Part shown: positions 10,193 through 18,080 of the stretch, piece after piece
How the letters are laid out: each line of letters starts with the position of its first letter
Numbering within the stretch: position 1 is the first letter of the stretch
Source: Longivirga aurantiaca
GTDB taxonomy: Bacteria; Actinomycetota; Actinomycetes; S36-B12; CAIYMF01
Length of the DNA: 32,000 bases
Assembly: GCF_042660085.1 (NCBI RefSeq)
Contig: NZ_JBHSTI010000008.1
Coordinates: 90,001-122,000 of the forward strand
Reading direction: 5' to 3'
Notes under the pieces: generated by a model
The model's input: only the letters and a program-made list of their open reading frames with translations
What the model was told of the DNA's origin: nothing
Databases searched by the model: none
Translations under genes and position numbers: made by a program

Positions 10193-12742
10193 ATGTTCGA
10201 GAGGTTCACCGACCGGGCTCGCCGGGTCGTCGTCCTGGCCCAGGAAGAGGCCCGGATGCTCAACCACAACTACATCGGCACGGAGCACATCCTGCTCGGC
10301 CTCATCCACGAGGGCGAAGGGGTGGCTGCCAAGGCGCTCGAGTCCCTCGGGATCTCGCTCGAGGCCGTGCGCCAGCAGGTCGAGGAGATCATCGGCCAGG
10401 GCCAGCAGGCCCCGTCCGGCCACATCCCCTTCACCCCGCGCGCCAAGAAGGTGCTCGAGCTGTCCCTGCGCGAGGCGCTGCAGCTCGGCCACAACTACAT
10501 CGGCACCGAGCACATCCTGCTCGGCCTCATCCGTGAGGGCGAGGGTGTCGCCGCCCAGGTGCTCGTGAAGCTCGGCGCCGACCTCAACCGTGTCCGCCAG
10601 CAGGTCATCCAGCTGCTGTCGGGCTACCAGGGCAAGGAGCCCCAGCAGGCCGCCGGCCCGCAGGAGGGCACGCCCTCGACCTCTCTCGTCCTCGACCAGT
10701 TCGGCCGCAACCTCACCCAGGCGGCCCGCGAGGGAAAGCTCGACCCGGTCATCGGGCGCGAGAAGGAGATCGAGCGGGTCATGCAGGTGCTGTCCCGCCG
10801 CACCAAGAACAACCCCGTGCTCATCGGTGAGCCCGGCGTCGGCAAGACCGCGGTCGTCGAGGGCCTGTCCCAGATGATCGTCAAGGGCGAGGTGCCCGAG
10901 ACGCTCAAGGACAAGCAGCTCTACACGCTCGACCTCGGTGCCCTCGTCGCCGGCAGCCGCTACCGCGGTGACTTCGAGGAGCGCCTCAAGAAGGTGCTCA
11001 AGGAGATCCGCACGCGCGGCGACATCATCCTGTTCATCGACGAGATGCACACGCTCGTCGGCGCGGGTGCGGCCGAGGGCGCGATCGACGCGGCCTCGAT
11101 CCTCAAGCCGATGCTCGCCCGCGGCGAGCTCCAGACCATCGGTGCCACCACCCTCGACGAGTACCGCAAGTACGTCGAGAAGGACGCCGCGCTCGAGCGC
11201 CGGTTCCAGCCGATCCAGGTGCAGGAGCCGACGCTGGCCCACACCATCGAGATCCTCAAGGGCCTGCGCGACCGCTACGAGTCGCACCACCGCGTCTCGA
11301 TCACCGACGCCGCGCTCGTCGCGGCCGCCACCCTGGCCGACCGCTACATCAGCGACCGGTTCCTCCCGGACAAGGCGATCGACCTCATCGACGAGGCGGG
11401 CTCGCGCCTGCGCATCCGTCGGATGACGGCGCCGCCGGACCTCCGCGAGTTCGACGAGCGCATCGCCGACGTCCGCCGCGAGAAGGAGAGCGCGATCGAC
11501 GCGCAGGACTTCGAGAAGGCTGCCTCGCTCCGCGACAAGGAGAAGCAGCTGCTCGGCGAGAAGGCCACGCGCGAGCGCGAGTGGAAGGCCGGCGACATGG
11601 ACGTCGTGGCCGAGGTCGACGAGGACCTCGTCGCCGAGGTCCTGGCCGCGTCCACCGGCATCCCGGTCTTCAAGCTGACCGAGGAGGAGAGCCAGCGCCT
11701 CATCCGCATGGAGGACGAGCTCCACAAGCGCGTGATCGGCCAGGAGCAGGCGATCAAGTCGCTGTCCCAGGCGATCCGCCGTACGCGCGCCGGCCTCAAG
11801 GACCCGAAGCGTCCCGGCGGCTCGTTCATCTTCGCCGGGCCCTCGGGCGTCGGTAAGACCGAGCTGTCCAAGACCCTGGCGGAGTTCCTGTTCGGCGACG
11901 AGGACTCGCTGATCTCGCTCGACATGAGCGAGTTCTCCGAGAAGCACACGGTCTCGCGCCTGTTCGGCTCGCCGCCCGGGTACGTCGGCTACGAGGAGGG
12001 CGGCCAGCTCACCGAGAAGGTGCGCCGCAAGCCGTTCTCGGTCGTGCTCTTCGACGAGGTCGAGAAGGCGCACCCGGACATCTTCAACTCGCTGCTGCAG
12101 ATCCTGGAGGACGGTCGCCTGACCGACTCGCAGGGCCGGGTCGTCGACTTCAAGAACACCGTCATCATCATGACGACCAACCTCGGCACGAGGGACATCT
12201 CCAAGGGCCAGGGCCTCGGCTTCTCCAACGCCGACGACACCAAGTCGTCGTACGAGCGGATGAAGCAGAAGGTCAACGACGAGCTCAAGCAGCACTTCCG
12301 GCCCGAGTTCCTCAACCGCGTCGACGACATCGTCGTGTTCCACCAGCTCACCCAGGACGAGATCGTCACGATCGTCGACCTCATGGTGGCCAAGCTCGAC
12401 CAGCGTCTGCGCGACAAGGACATGGGGATCGAGCTGACCCGTGCGGCCAAGGACCTCCTTGCCGAGCGGGGCTACGACCCCGTCCTCGGTGCGCGTCCGC
12501 TGCGCCGCACGATCCAGCGCGAGATCGAGGACGCGCTCTCGGAGAAGATCCTCTTCGGCGAGCTGCGTCCGGGCTCGATCGTGGTGGTCGACGTCGAGGG
12601 CGAGGGCGCCGAGCGGCAGTTCAACTTCCGCGGCGAGCTCAAGACCGAGGTGCCGACCATCGACGACATCGTCGAGGCCGTCGGAGCCGGCGGGCCCGAG
12701 GAGCCCCCGGCCGCCCCGGCCTCCGGCGACGTCCCCGCCTAG
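10193..12742 (+). CDS. clpC: ATP-dependent Clp protease ATP-binding subunit ClpC
   Basis: [43 protein letters not shown]; two Clp_N repeats, Walker [15 protein letters not shown] and [17 protein letters not shown] region. ATG at 10193 with a GAGG ribosome-binding site upstream. Confidence 0.98.
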   Translation: MFERFTDRARRVVVLAQEEARMLNHNYIGTEHILLGLIHEGEGVAAKALESLGISLEAVRQQVEEIIGQGQQAPSGHIPFTPRAKKVLELSLREALQLGHNYIGTEHILLGLIREGEGVAAQVLVKLGADLNRVRQQVIQLLSGYQGKEPQQAAGPQEGTPSTSLVLDQFGRNLTQAAREGKLDPVIGREKEIERVMQVLSRRTKNNPVLIGEPGVGKTAVVEGLSQMIVKGEVPETLKDKQLYTLDLGALVAGSRYRGDFEERLKKVLKEIRTRGDIILFIDEMHTLVGAGAAEGAIDAASILKPMLARGELQTIGATTLDEYRKYVEKDAALERRFQPIQVQEPTLAHTIEILKGLRDRYESHHRVSITDAALVAAATLADRYISDRFLPDKAIDLIDEAGSRLRIRRMTAPPDLREFDERIADVRREKESAIDAQDFEKAASLRDKEKQLLGEKATREREWKAGDMDVVAEVDEDLVAEVLAASTGIPVFKLTEEESQRLIRMEDELHKRVIGQEQAIKSLSQAIRRTRAGLKDPKRPGGSFIFAGPSGVGKTELSKTLAEFLFGDEDSLISLDMSEFSEKHTVSRLFGSPPGYVGYEEGGQLTEKVRRKPFSVVLFDEVEKAHPDIFNSLLQILEDGRLTDSQGRVVDFKNTVIIMTTNLGTRDISKGQGLGFSNADDTKSSYERMKQKVNDELKQHFRPEFLNRVDDIVVFHQLTQDEIVTIVDLMVAKLDQRLRDKDMGIELTRAAKDLLAERGYDPVLGARPLRRTIQREIEDALSEKILFGELRPGSIVVVDVEGEGAERQFNFRGELKTEVPTIDDIVEAVGAGGPEEPPAAPASGDVPA

Positions 12743-12762
12743 CACCACCGCACGCACCACCG

Positions 12763-12796
12763 CCGAGGGCGGCACCCACCCGGGTGCCGCCCTCGG
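12763..12796 (+). terminator. Rho-independent-like terminator hairpin of clpC
   Basis: 15 bp perfect stem CCGAGGGCGGCACCC / GGGTGCCGCCCTCGG with a 4 nt loop, 20 bp after the clpC stop. Confidence 0.85.
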
Positions 12797-12818
12797 TCGT
12801 GTGCGATGAAGCGTGTGC

Positions 12819-12866
12819 GATGAAGGCGACCTTCATCCAATAGAGCCGAACAACTCCTCCCATCAC
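12819..12866. repeat. Dispersed palindromic repeat, short form, copy 1
   Basis: GATGAAGGCGACCTTCATCCAATAGAGCCGAACAACTCCTCCCATCAC; 8 bp stem GATGAAGG/CCTTCATC; 45/48 identical to 23532-23579. Confidence 0.85.
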
Positions 12867-13043
12867 CGGTGTGGCACTGCACGCCGTGGCGCAGAACGAC
12901 GGAAGCCGGCGCCGGGTCCTGCCCGTCGCCGCACCTCGTCCAGGCGCCCGACGCGGCGATGCAGCGGCACGGGCCACGCCGGGCACGGAATCGGCGAGAC
13001 TGGCCGGGGATCCCGGTGGGCGGCGTACGGCGAGGAGGCGGCG

Positions 13044-14309
13044 GTGGGGGCGTACGTCGACGGCCTGCTCACCCCCGCGCGGGTGCGCGTCGCGGCATGG
13101 GTCGTGGTCGGGCTGTGCGTCGTGGCCGCGGTGCTCAACGTCGTGCTCGGCGACCTGCCCGGGACGGCGATCGGTACGACGTTCCTGCCCGACTGGTTCG
13201 CGCACTGGACCGGCGGCCGCATGCTGCTCGACGGTCGCGCGTCCGAGCTCTACGACCCGGCCGCGCAGCAGGCGTTGCAGGACTCGGTGACAGGTGGACT
13301 ACCGGTCCTCGCGTGGTTCGTCGCGCCGCCCGTCGCGGCGCTGGTGTACGCGCCGTTCGCCGCGCTCCCGTACGTCGCCAGCGGTGTCGTCTGGGCCGCG
13401 GTCACCATCGCGCTCCTCGTCGCCAGCGCCGCGCTCCTGCGCCCGCTGCTGCCGACGTACACGGACCGGCAGTGGCGGCTCGCACTGCTCTGCGTGGCGG
13501 CGAGCCAGCCGGTGCTCGAGCTCGTCTGCGGCGGCCAGGACTCAGCGCTCCTGCTCCTGGTCTGGGTCGCCGGCCTCCGGCTGCTGCACGCGCACCGCGA
13601 CCTCGCCGCCGGCGCCGTGCTCGCGCTGGGCCTGGTGAAGCCCCAGCTGTTCGTGCTCGTCCCGCTCGTGCTGCTCGTGCAGCGGCGCTGGTCGGCGCTC
13701 GGCGCCTGGGTCGCCGCCACCCTCGCGCTGGTCGGCGCGTCCCTGGCCGTCGACGGCATCGACGGCAACCGCGCGTGGGTCGAGGCGCTCACCTCCGACC
13801 GCTACCACGAGGTCGTGCAGCTGGGCCAGAGCTGGATGATGCACGGCATCCCGTCGGCGCTGGTGTCGCTGCTGCCGTCGTCGTACGCCGGTGCCGCGCA
13901 GCTGGTCGGCCTCGCCCTCGGCGCGGTGCTCGTGGTGGCGCTGCTCCTCGTCGTACGCCGCACCCCGGAGGCGACGGTCTCCGCGACGTGGGCGCTCGTC
14001 GCGCTCACGACCGTGCTCCTGACGCCGCACATCCTCAGCTACGACCTCGTGCTGCTGATCCCCGCCGTCCTGCACCTCGCGCGCGGCGGTGGCACCCGCA
14101 CGACCCGGCTCTCGCTGCTGGCGCTCTTCCTCCTCACCTGGACGGCGTGGCCGAGGCACGAGCTCGCCGCGCTCTCGCCCTGGCTCGGCTGGATCGGCGT
14201 CTCCTGGGCGGTCGTGCCGCTCCTCGTCCTCTGGCGCGAGGCGTACCGCGACCTCGCCGCTGCGAGCACCGACGCGGACGCCACCACGGAGTCGGCGCGA
14301 GCCGCCTGA
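13044..14309 (+). CDS. Glycosyltransferase family 87 / DUF2029-like polytopic membrane protein
   Basis: Multi-TM protein with TTFLPDWFAHWTGGRMLLDGRASELYDPAAQQAL, LVTPHILSYDLVLLIPAVLH-type C-terminal region. GTG at 13044 preceded by GAGGAGG; the upstream part of the 12813 ORF lies in the repeat. Confidence 0.75.
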   Translation: MGAYVDGLLTPARVRVAAWVVVGLCVVAAVLNVVLGDLPGTAIGTTFLPDWFAHWTGGRMLLDGRASELYDPAAQQALQDSVTGGLPVLAWFVAPPVAALVYAPFAALPYVASGVVWAAVTIALLVASAALLRPLLPTYTDRQWRLALLCVAASQPVLELVCGGQDSALLLLVWVAGLRLLHAHRDLAAGAVLALGLVKPQLFVLVPLVLLVQRRWSALGAWVAATLALVGASLAVDGIDGNRAWVEALTSDRYHEVVQLGQSWMMHGIPSALVSLLPSSYAGAAQLVGLALGAVLVVALLLVVRRTPEATVSATWALVALTTVLLTPHILSYDLVLLIPAVLHLARGGGTRTTRLSLLALFLLTWTAWPRHELAALSPWLGWIGVSWAVVPLLVLWREAYRDLAAASTDADATTESARAA

Positions 14310-14405
14310 CCGAGCAGTCCGAACGGCCCCATGCCGACGCGGTCGGCTCGGCCCTTCCTCCGGACGTGTTTCTCTGCCCACGGCCGGACGCAGAGCGGGG
14401 ACCGC

Positions 14406-14470
14406 CCAGCGGGCCAGCGGGCCAGCGGGCTATCGGGCAAGCGGGCGAGCAGGGCGAGCGGGATCAGCGG
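14406..14470. repeat. Degenerate 8 bp tandem repeat (CCAGCGGG-like)
   Basis: ccagcggg x3 followed by ctatcggg, caagcggg, cgagcagg, g, cgagcggg, atcagcgg. Confidence 0.6.
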
Positions 14471-14931
14471 CAGGGGGCGGTGAGGATCGTGCGGTGGGGG
14501 TCGGCCTCGGGGCCGTCGAGGTAGGTCTCCCACGGGTCGCCCGCGCGCTCGAGGGCGTGCTCGGCGAAGAACGCCTCGACCGCGGCGTACGCCTCGCCGA
14601 GCTCCTGCCACCGGCCGACGTGCACGGCCACGACGGCGTCGCCGCCCGGCAGCTCCACCCGCTCGACCGGGCCCGAGCCCTCGAAGCCCGGCGGGCACGG
14701 GAAGCCGGCCTCGAGCGCGAAGACCTGCGCGGCGCCCGAGGCGTCCATCGCGCCCAGGGCGTAGCGGATGACCGGCGCGCCGACGGGGCCGAGGCCCTGG
14801 GCACCCAGCGCCGCCACGACGTCGCCGTACGCCGCCCCCACGAACGCACCGATCTCCTCGGGGCGCGCGGTGCCGCGCACCGCCGCCGCGGGCTGGGGCT
14901 GGAGGCGCTCGACGCCGATGCTCTCGATCAC
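14464..14931 (-). CDS. Small GyrI/effector-binding-like domain protein
   Basis: 155 aa reading VIESIGVERLQPQPAAAVRGTARPEEIGAFVGAAYGDVVAALGAQGLGPVGAPVIRYA...FEGSGPVERVELPGGDAVVAVHVGRWQELGEAYAAVEAFF...WETYLDGPEADPHRT; GTGA overlap with the upstream gene's stop. Confidence 0.72.
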   Translation of the reverse strand: MIESIGVERLQPQPAAAVRGTARPEEIGAFVGAAYGDVVAALGAQGLGPVGAPVIRYALGAMDASGAAQVFALEAGFPCPPGFEGSGPVERVELPGGDAVVAVHVGRWQELGEAYAAVEAFFAEHALERAGDPWETYLDGPEADPHRTILTAPCR

Positions 14932-15824
14932 GCGTCGATCGTTCCACCGACGCCCGGCAGGCGGTAGCGGCCGTTGGCCAGCGGCTCGGCGAGGCCGTCC
15001 GCCACCAGGCCGTCCAGGGCTCGCTCGCGCTGGACGGCGTCGTCCCAGACGGCGTCGAGCGCAGGCTTCGGCACGGGCGCGTGCGCCTCGCGCAGCACGG
15101 CCATCAGCCGTCCGCGCACCTGGCGGTCGGTGCCCGCGAACTTCTGCACGGGCCGCTCCGGGCCGTCGTACGCCGGCTTCCCGAGCGCGACCCAGGTGCA
15201 GGTGGCCGACACGGGGCAGGCCCCGCAGGAGGGCGACGCCGCGGTGCAGACGAGCGCGCCGAGCTCCATCACGGCCACCGACCAGAGCGCCGCCTCGCGG
15301 TCGAGGTCGGGCAGCACGGATGCGGCGAGGGCCCGCTCGGCGGCGTTGATCGTGGGCCGGGGGTGCTCGCTGCCCGTGAGGAGCCGGGCGAGGACGCGGC
15401 GCACGTTGGTGTCGAGCACGACCGCGCGCCGACCGAACGCGAACGACTCGAGGGCGGCGGACGTGTAGTCGCCGACGCCGGGCAGCGAGCGCAGCTGCTC
15501 GGGCTCGTGGGGCACCTCGCCGCCGAAGCGCAGCACGCAGGCCTGGGCGGCCTCGTGCAGCCGGAGCGCGCGGCGCGGGTAGCCGAGGCGGCCCCAGGCG
15601 CGCACGACCTCGCCCGGGGGCTCGGCGGCCAGCGCCGCCGGGGTGGGCCAGCGCCGCATCCACTCGAGCCACACGGGGAGCACCCGGTCGACCGGCGTCT
15701 GCTGCAGCATGACCTCGCTCACGAGGACGCCCCAGGGGGTGCGGTCGGCCGCCCGCCACGGCAGGTCGCGGGACGACGCGGCGTACCAGGCCAGCAGCGG
15801 AGCGTGCAGGTGCGAGGGCGGCAT
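14928..15824 (-). CDS. mutY: A/G-specific adenine glycosylase
   Basis: LLAWYAASSRDLPWRAADRTPWGVLVSEVMLQQTPVDRVLPVW, LPGVGDYTSAALESFAFG, VLDTNVRRVLARL, 4Fe-4S cysteines C-x6-C-x2-C-x5-C (VCTAASPSCGACPVSATC). Confidence 0.95.
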   Translation of the reverse strand: MPPSHLHAPLLAWYAASSRDLPWRAADRTPWGVLVSEVMLQQTPVDRVLPVWLEWMRRWPTPAALAAEPPGEVVRAWGRLGYPRRALRLHEAAQACVLRFGGEVPHEPEQLRSLPGVGDYTSAALESFAFGRRAVVLDTNVRRVLARLLTGSEHPRPTINAAERALAASVLPDLDREAALWSVAVMELGALVCTAASPSCGACPVSATCTWVALGKPAYDGPERPVQKFAGTDRQVRGRLMAVLREAHAPVPKPALDAVWDDAVQRERALDGLVADGLAEPLANGRYRLPGVGGTIDA

Positions 15825-15884
15825 GACCCGCGCATCCTCGCACCCAGCCGCGCGCACGGCAGGCGGCCAGGTAGCGTCGCCCCC

Positions 15885-16529
15885 GTGAGCACGCTGCTGC
15901 GCCCTGTCGGGTCCAAGCCGCCCGGCACCTACTGGGTGCGCCGTGCCCTCGTCCTCCTGATCGTGCTCGCCCTGGTCCTCGGAATCCGGCAGCTCTTCTT
16001 CAGCGGCGGCTCCGCGTCCACCGCGGCCCCCGAGCCGACCGGGTCGTCCTCTGCCGAGCCCGACCCGAACGGCAGCGCATCCCCCTCCACGAGCGCCTCG
16101 CCGAAGCCGTCGTCGAGCGCCAGCTCCGGCATCGGGCCGTGCAAGAACAACCAGATCCAGGTGACGTCCTCGACCGACGCGGCGTCCTACCAGGTCGGCG
16201 CCACGCCGCAGCTGCGCATGCGGATCAAGAACATCTCGAAGTCCGCCTGCCAGCGCGATGTCGGCAGCAAGAACAACGAGCTCGTCATCACCTCGGGCAG
16301 CGCCCGCGTGTGGTCGTCGGACGACTGCAACACCGGCGGCAGCGCGCAGGTCGTGACCCTGCAGCCCGGCCAGAGCTACTCCGTGAACGTCACCTGGCTC
16401 GGGCGTCTCTCGCAGAAGGGGTGCCCGCCCGACCAGCCCATCGCAGACGCCGGCACCTACAAGCTCGTCGGCCGCAACGGCGACGTCAGCTCGGACGGCG
16501 CCGTCTTCTCCCTCACCAAGTCCGCCTGA
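15885..16529 (+). CDS. Membrane-anchored secreted protein with Ser/Pro-rich linker and Cys-containing extracellular domain, function unknown
   Basis: GTG start; one TM (RRALVLLIVLALVLGI), linker ASTAAPEPTGSSSAEPDPNGSASPSTSASPKPSSS, then PCKNNQIQVTSSTDAASYQVGATPQLRMRIKNISKSACQRDVG... Confidence 0.75.
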   Translation: MSTLLRPVGSKPPGTYWVRRALVLLIVLALVLGIRQLFFSGGSASTAAPEPTGSSSAEPDPNGSASPSTSASPKPSSSASSGIGPCKNNQIQVTSSTDAASYQVGATPQLRMRIKNISKSACQRDVGSKNNELVITSGSARVWSSDDCNTGGSAQVVTLQPGQSYSVNVTWLGRLSQKGCPPDQPIADAGTYKLVGRNGDVSSDGAVFSLTKSA

Positions 16530-16749
16530 GCACGATGGGGCACAGCCACCGGTCCTGGCGCTCGGAGCGCTCGATCCTGTCGATCGCGTCCACGGGATCC
16601 GTGCTCTCCATCGCCTCGACCGGGTCGGTGCTCTCGATCGGGTCGATCGGGTCGGCCCTGTCGGTCGGGTCGATCGGCTCCGTCCTTAGCCTCTGCTCGA
16701 TCCTGTCGGCAGGCTCGAGCTTCTCCGCGCTGTCGTACCGGTCGTACAA
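16513..16749 (-). CDS. Possible small acidic repeat protein (strand assignment uncertain)
   Basis: Open frame reads LYDRYDSAEKLEPADRIEQRLRTEPIDPTDRADPIDPIESTDPVEAMESTDPVDAIDRIERSERQDRWLCPIVLRRTW; requires a TTG start; the + strand is also open (16535-16789). Confidence 0.3.
   Translation of the reverse strand: MYDRYDSAEKLEPADRIEQRLRTEPIDPTDRADPIDPIESTDPVEAMESTDPVDAIDRIERSERQDRWLCPIVLRRTW
16583..16690. repeat. 27 bp x 4 degenerate tandem repeat
   Basis: Units 16583-16609, 16610-16636, 16637-16663, 16664-16690; encode IASTGSVLS/IASTGSVLS/IGSIGSALS/VGSIGSVLS on + and DPIDPIESTDPVEAMESTDPVDAIDR-type sequence on -. Confidence 0.85.
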
Positions 16750-16898
16750 GGCGGCCCTGGCAGCGCACGCGGGCCGCTCGAGCGCCTGATCAGGGCGTCG
16801 CCCCCGACATCCGCCAGGCGCTGGCGCCCGTCGTCGGGCAGCCCCTCGCGGGCCGGGCCGGGCGCGGTCCGGGGGCCGAGTTCCTTCCCCCGTACGGG

Positions 16899-16924
16899 TC
16901 AAGGACCTGCGACTTCCTGACGAT
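16899..16924 (+). promoter_or_regulatory. Candidate sigma-28 (FliA)-like promoter upstream of cheB
   Basis: TCAAG-N15-GACGAT, about 60 bp before the first che start codon; resembles the flagellar/chemotaxis sigma factor pattern. Confidence 0.3.
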
Positions 16925-16984
16925 GCCTCCCTCAGAGGACCGGGACGACCGGTTCCGCGAGGCTGCGCAGCGGGAGGGGGTCGC

Positions 16985-18079
16985 GTGTCGATGACCGCGT
17001 CCGACGTCGGCGCGCCGGCCATCCCGGAGCGTCGGGTCTCGACCGTCGTCGTCGCGGGCACGCATGTGCGGCTCGCCCGCCTCAGCCACCTCCTGCAGAT
17101 GTCGGGCGTCGAGGTCCTGGGCGCGGCGAAGACGGCCGAGGACGCCGTGACCCTCGTCGGCACCCTCGGCCCGGACACGGTTCTGCTCGACCTCGCGCTC
17201 GGGGTCGGTGGCCTCGAGGTGGTCGAGCGCGTCATGGCGCGCTGCCCCACGCCGATCGTGCTCATCGGCCCCGCGTCGCAGCAGGCCGACGTCGCGCTCG
17301 CCGCCGGGGCGGTGGACGTCGTGGCTCCGACCGCCGAGCACCTCGGGCCCGGCGCCTTCGCCCGTGTGCTCGGACGTCATCTCAGCGTCGCCAGCCGGGT
17401 CCGGGTCATCACCCACCCGCGCGGCAAGCTCCGCGACCGCGGTCTCGCCTCGGACGGCGTCTCGCCTGCGCCGGTCCAGCACGGCGCCTTCCGCCGTACG
17501 CCGGTGGTCGTCATCGGCGCCTCCACGGGCGGACCGCCCGCCCTCGCCTCCCTCCTCGGATCGCTGCCGCCCGACTTCCCGGCACCGGTGGTCGTCGTCC
17601 AGCACATGGCCGAGGGGTTCGTCGAGGGCCTCGCCGGCTGGCTCGACGGCGTGGTGCCGCTGCCCGTCTCCGTCGCCCTCTCCGGCGACCGCCTGCGCCC
17701 CGGCCATGTCGTGGTCGCCCCGAGCGACGGCAACCTGGTCGTCGAGAGCTCCCTGCGCATCCGGGTGGAGCCGGCGCGCCCCTCGCAGCTGCACGTGCCC
17801 GAGGTCGACCGCACCTTCCGCTCGGTCGCCGAGGTGTGCCGCGACCGCGCCGTCGGCGTCCTGCTCACGGGCATGGGGCGTGACGGCGCAACCGGCCTGC
17901 TCGCGATGCGGCGGGTCGGTGCGTTCACGATCGCCCAGGACGAGAGCACCAGCGCCGTGTGGGGCATGCCGGCCGCTGCGCTCGCGGTCGACGCGGCCTC
18001 GGTCGAGCTGCCGCTCCCCGAGATCGCCGCGGCTGTGCTCGACGCCGTCGCGCGGCTCGCCGTCCCGGAGGCGGTGTGA
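16985..18079 (+). CDS. cheB: Chemotaxis protein-glutamate methylesterase CheB
   Basis: N-terminal receiver-like domain, C-terminal methylesterase with VVVIGASTGGPPAL, VVVVQHMAEGF, VLLTGMGRDGATGLLAMR. Start GTG 16985 or ATG 16991. Confidence 0.93.
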   Translation: MSMTASDVGAPAIPERRVSTVVVAGTHVRLARLSHLLQMSGVEVLGAAKTAEDAVTLVGTLGPDTVLLDLALGVGGLEVVERVMARCPTPIVLIGPASQQADVALAAGAVDVVAPTAEHLGPGAFARVLGRHLSVASRVRVITHPRGKLRDRGLASDGVSPAPVQHGAFRRTPVVVIGASTGGPPALASLLGSLPPDFPAPVVVVQHMAEGFVEGLAGWLDGVVPLPVSVALSGDRLRPGHVVVAPSDGNLVVESSLRIRVEPARPSQLHVPEVDRTFRSVAEVCRDRAVGVLLTGMGRDGATGLLAMRRVGAFTIAQDESTSAVWGMPAAALAVDAASVELPLPEIAAAVLDAVARLAVPEAV

Positions 18080-18080
18080 G

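Noticed and set aside
10142-12775. 877 aa minus-strand ORF opposite clpC
   Set aside because: Antisense shadow of clpC; no recognisable domain and Leu/Val/Asp-biased composition.
12813-13043. N-terminal extension of the GT87-like ORF starting in the dispersed repeat
   Set aside because: MCDEGDLHPIEPNN... is the translation of the repeat; a GTG at 13044 with GAGGAGG is a better start.
14406-14470. Possible CRISPR-like repeat array
   Set aside because: Repeats are 8 bp, contiguous and without spacers; no cas genes in the window.
17208-18080. 5' part of ORF 17208..19481 upstream of the cheR start
   Set aside because: It overlaps cheB in another frame; the real cheR starts at ATG 18081, directly after the cheB stop.
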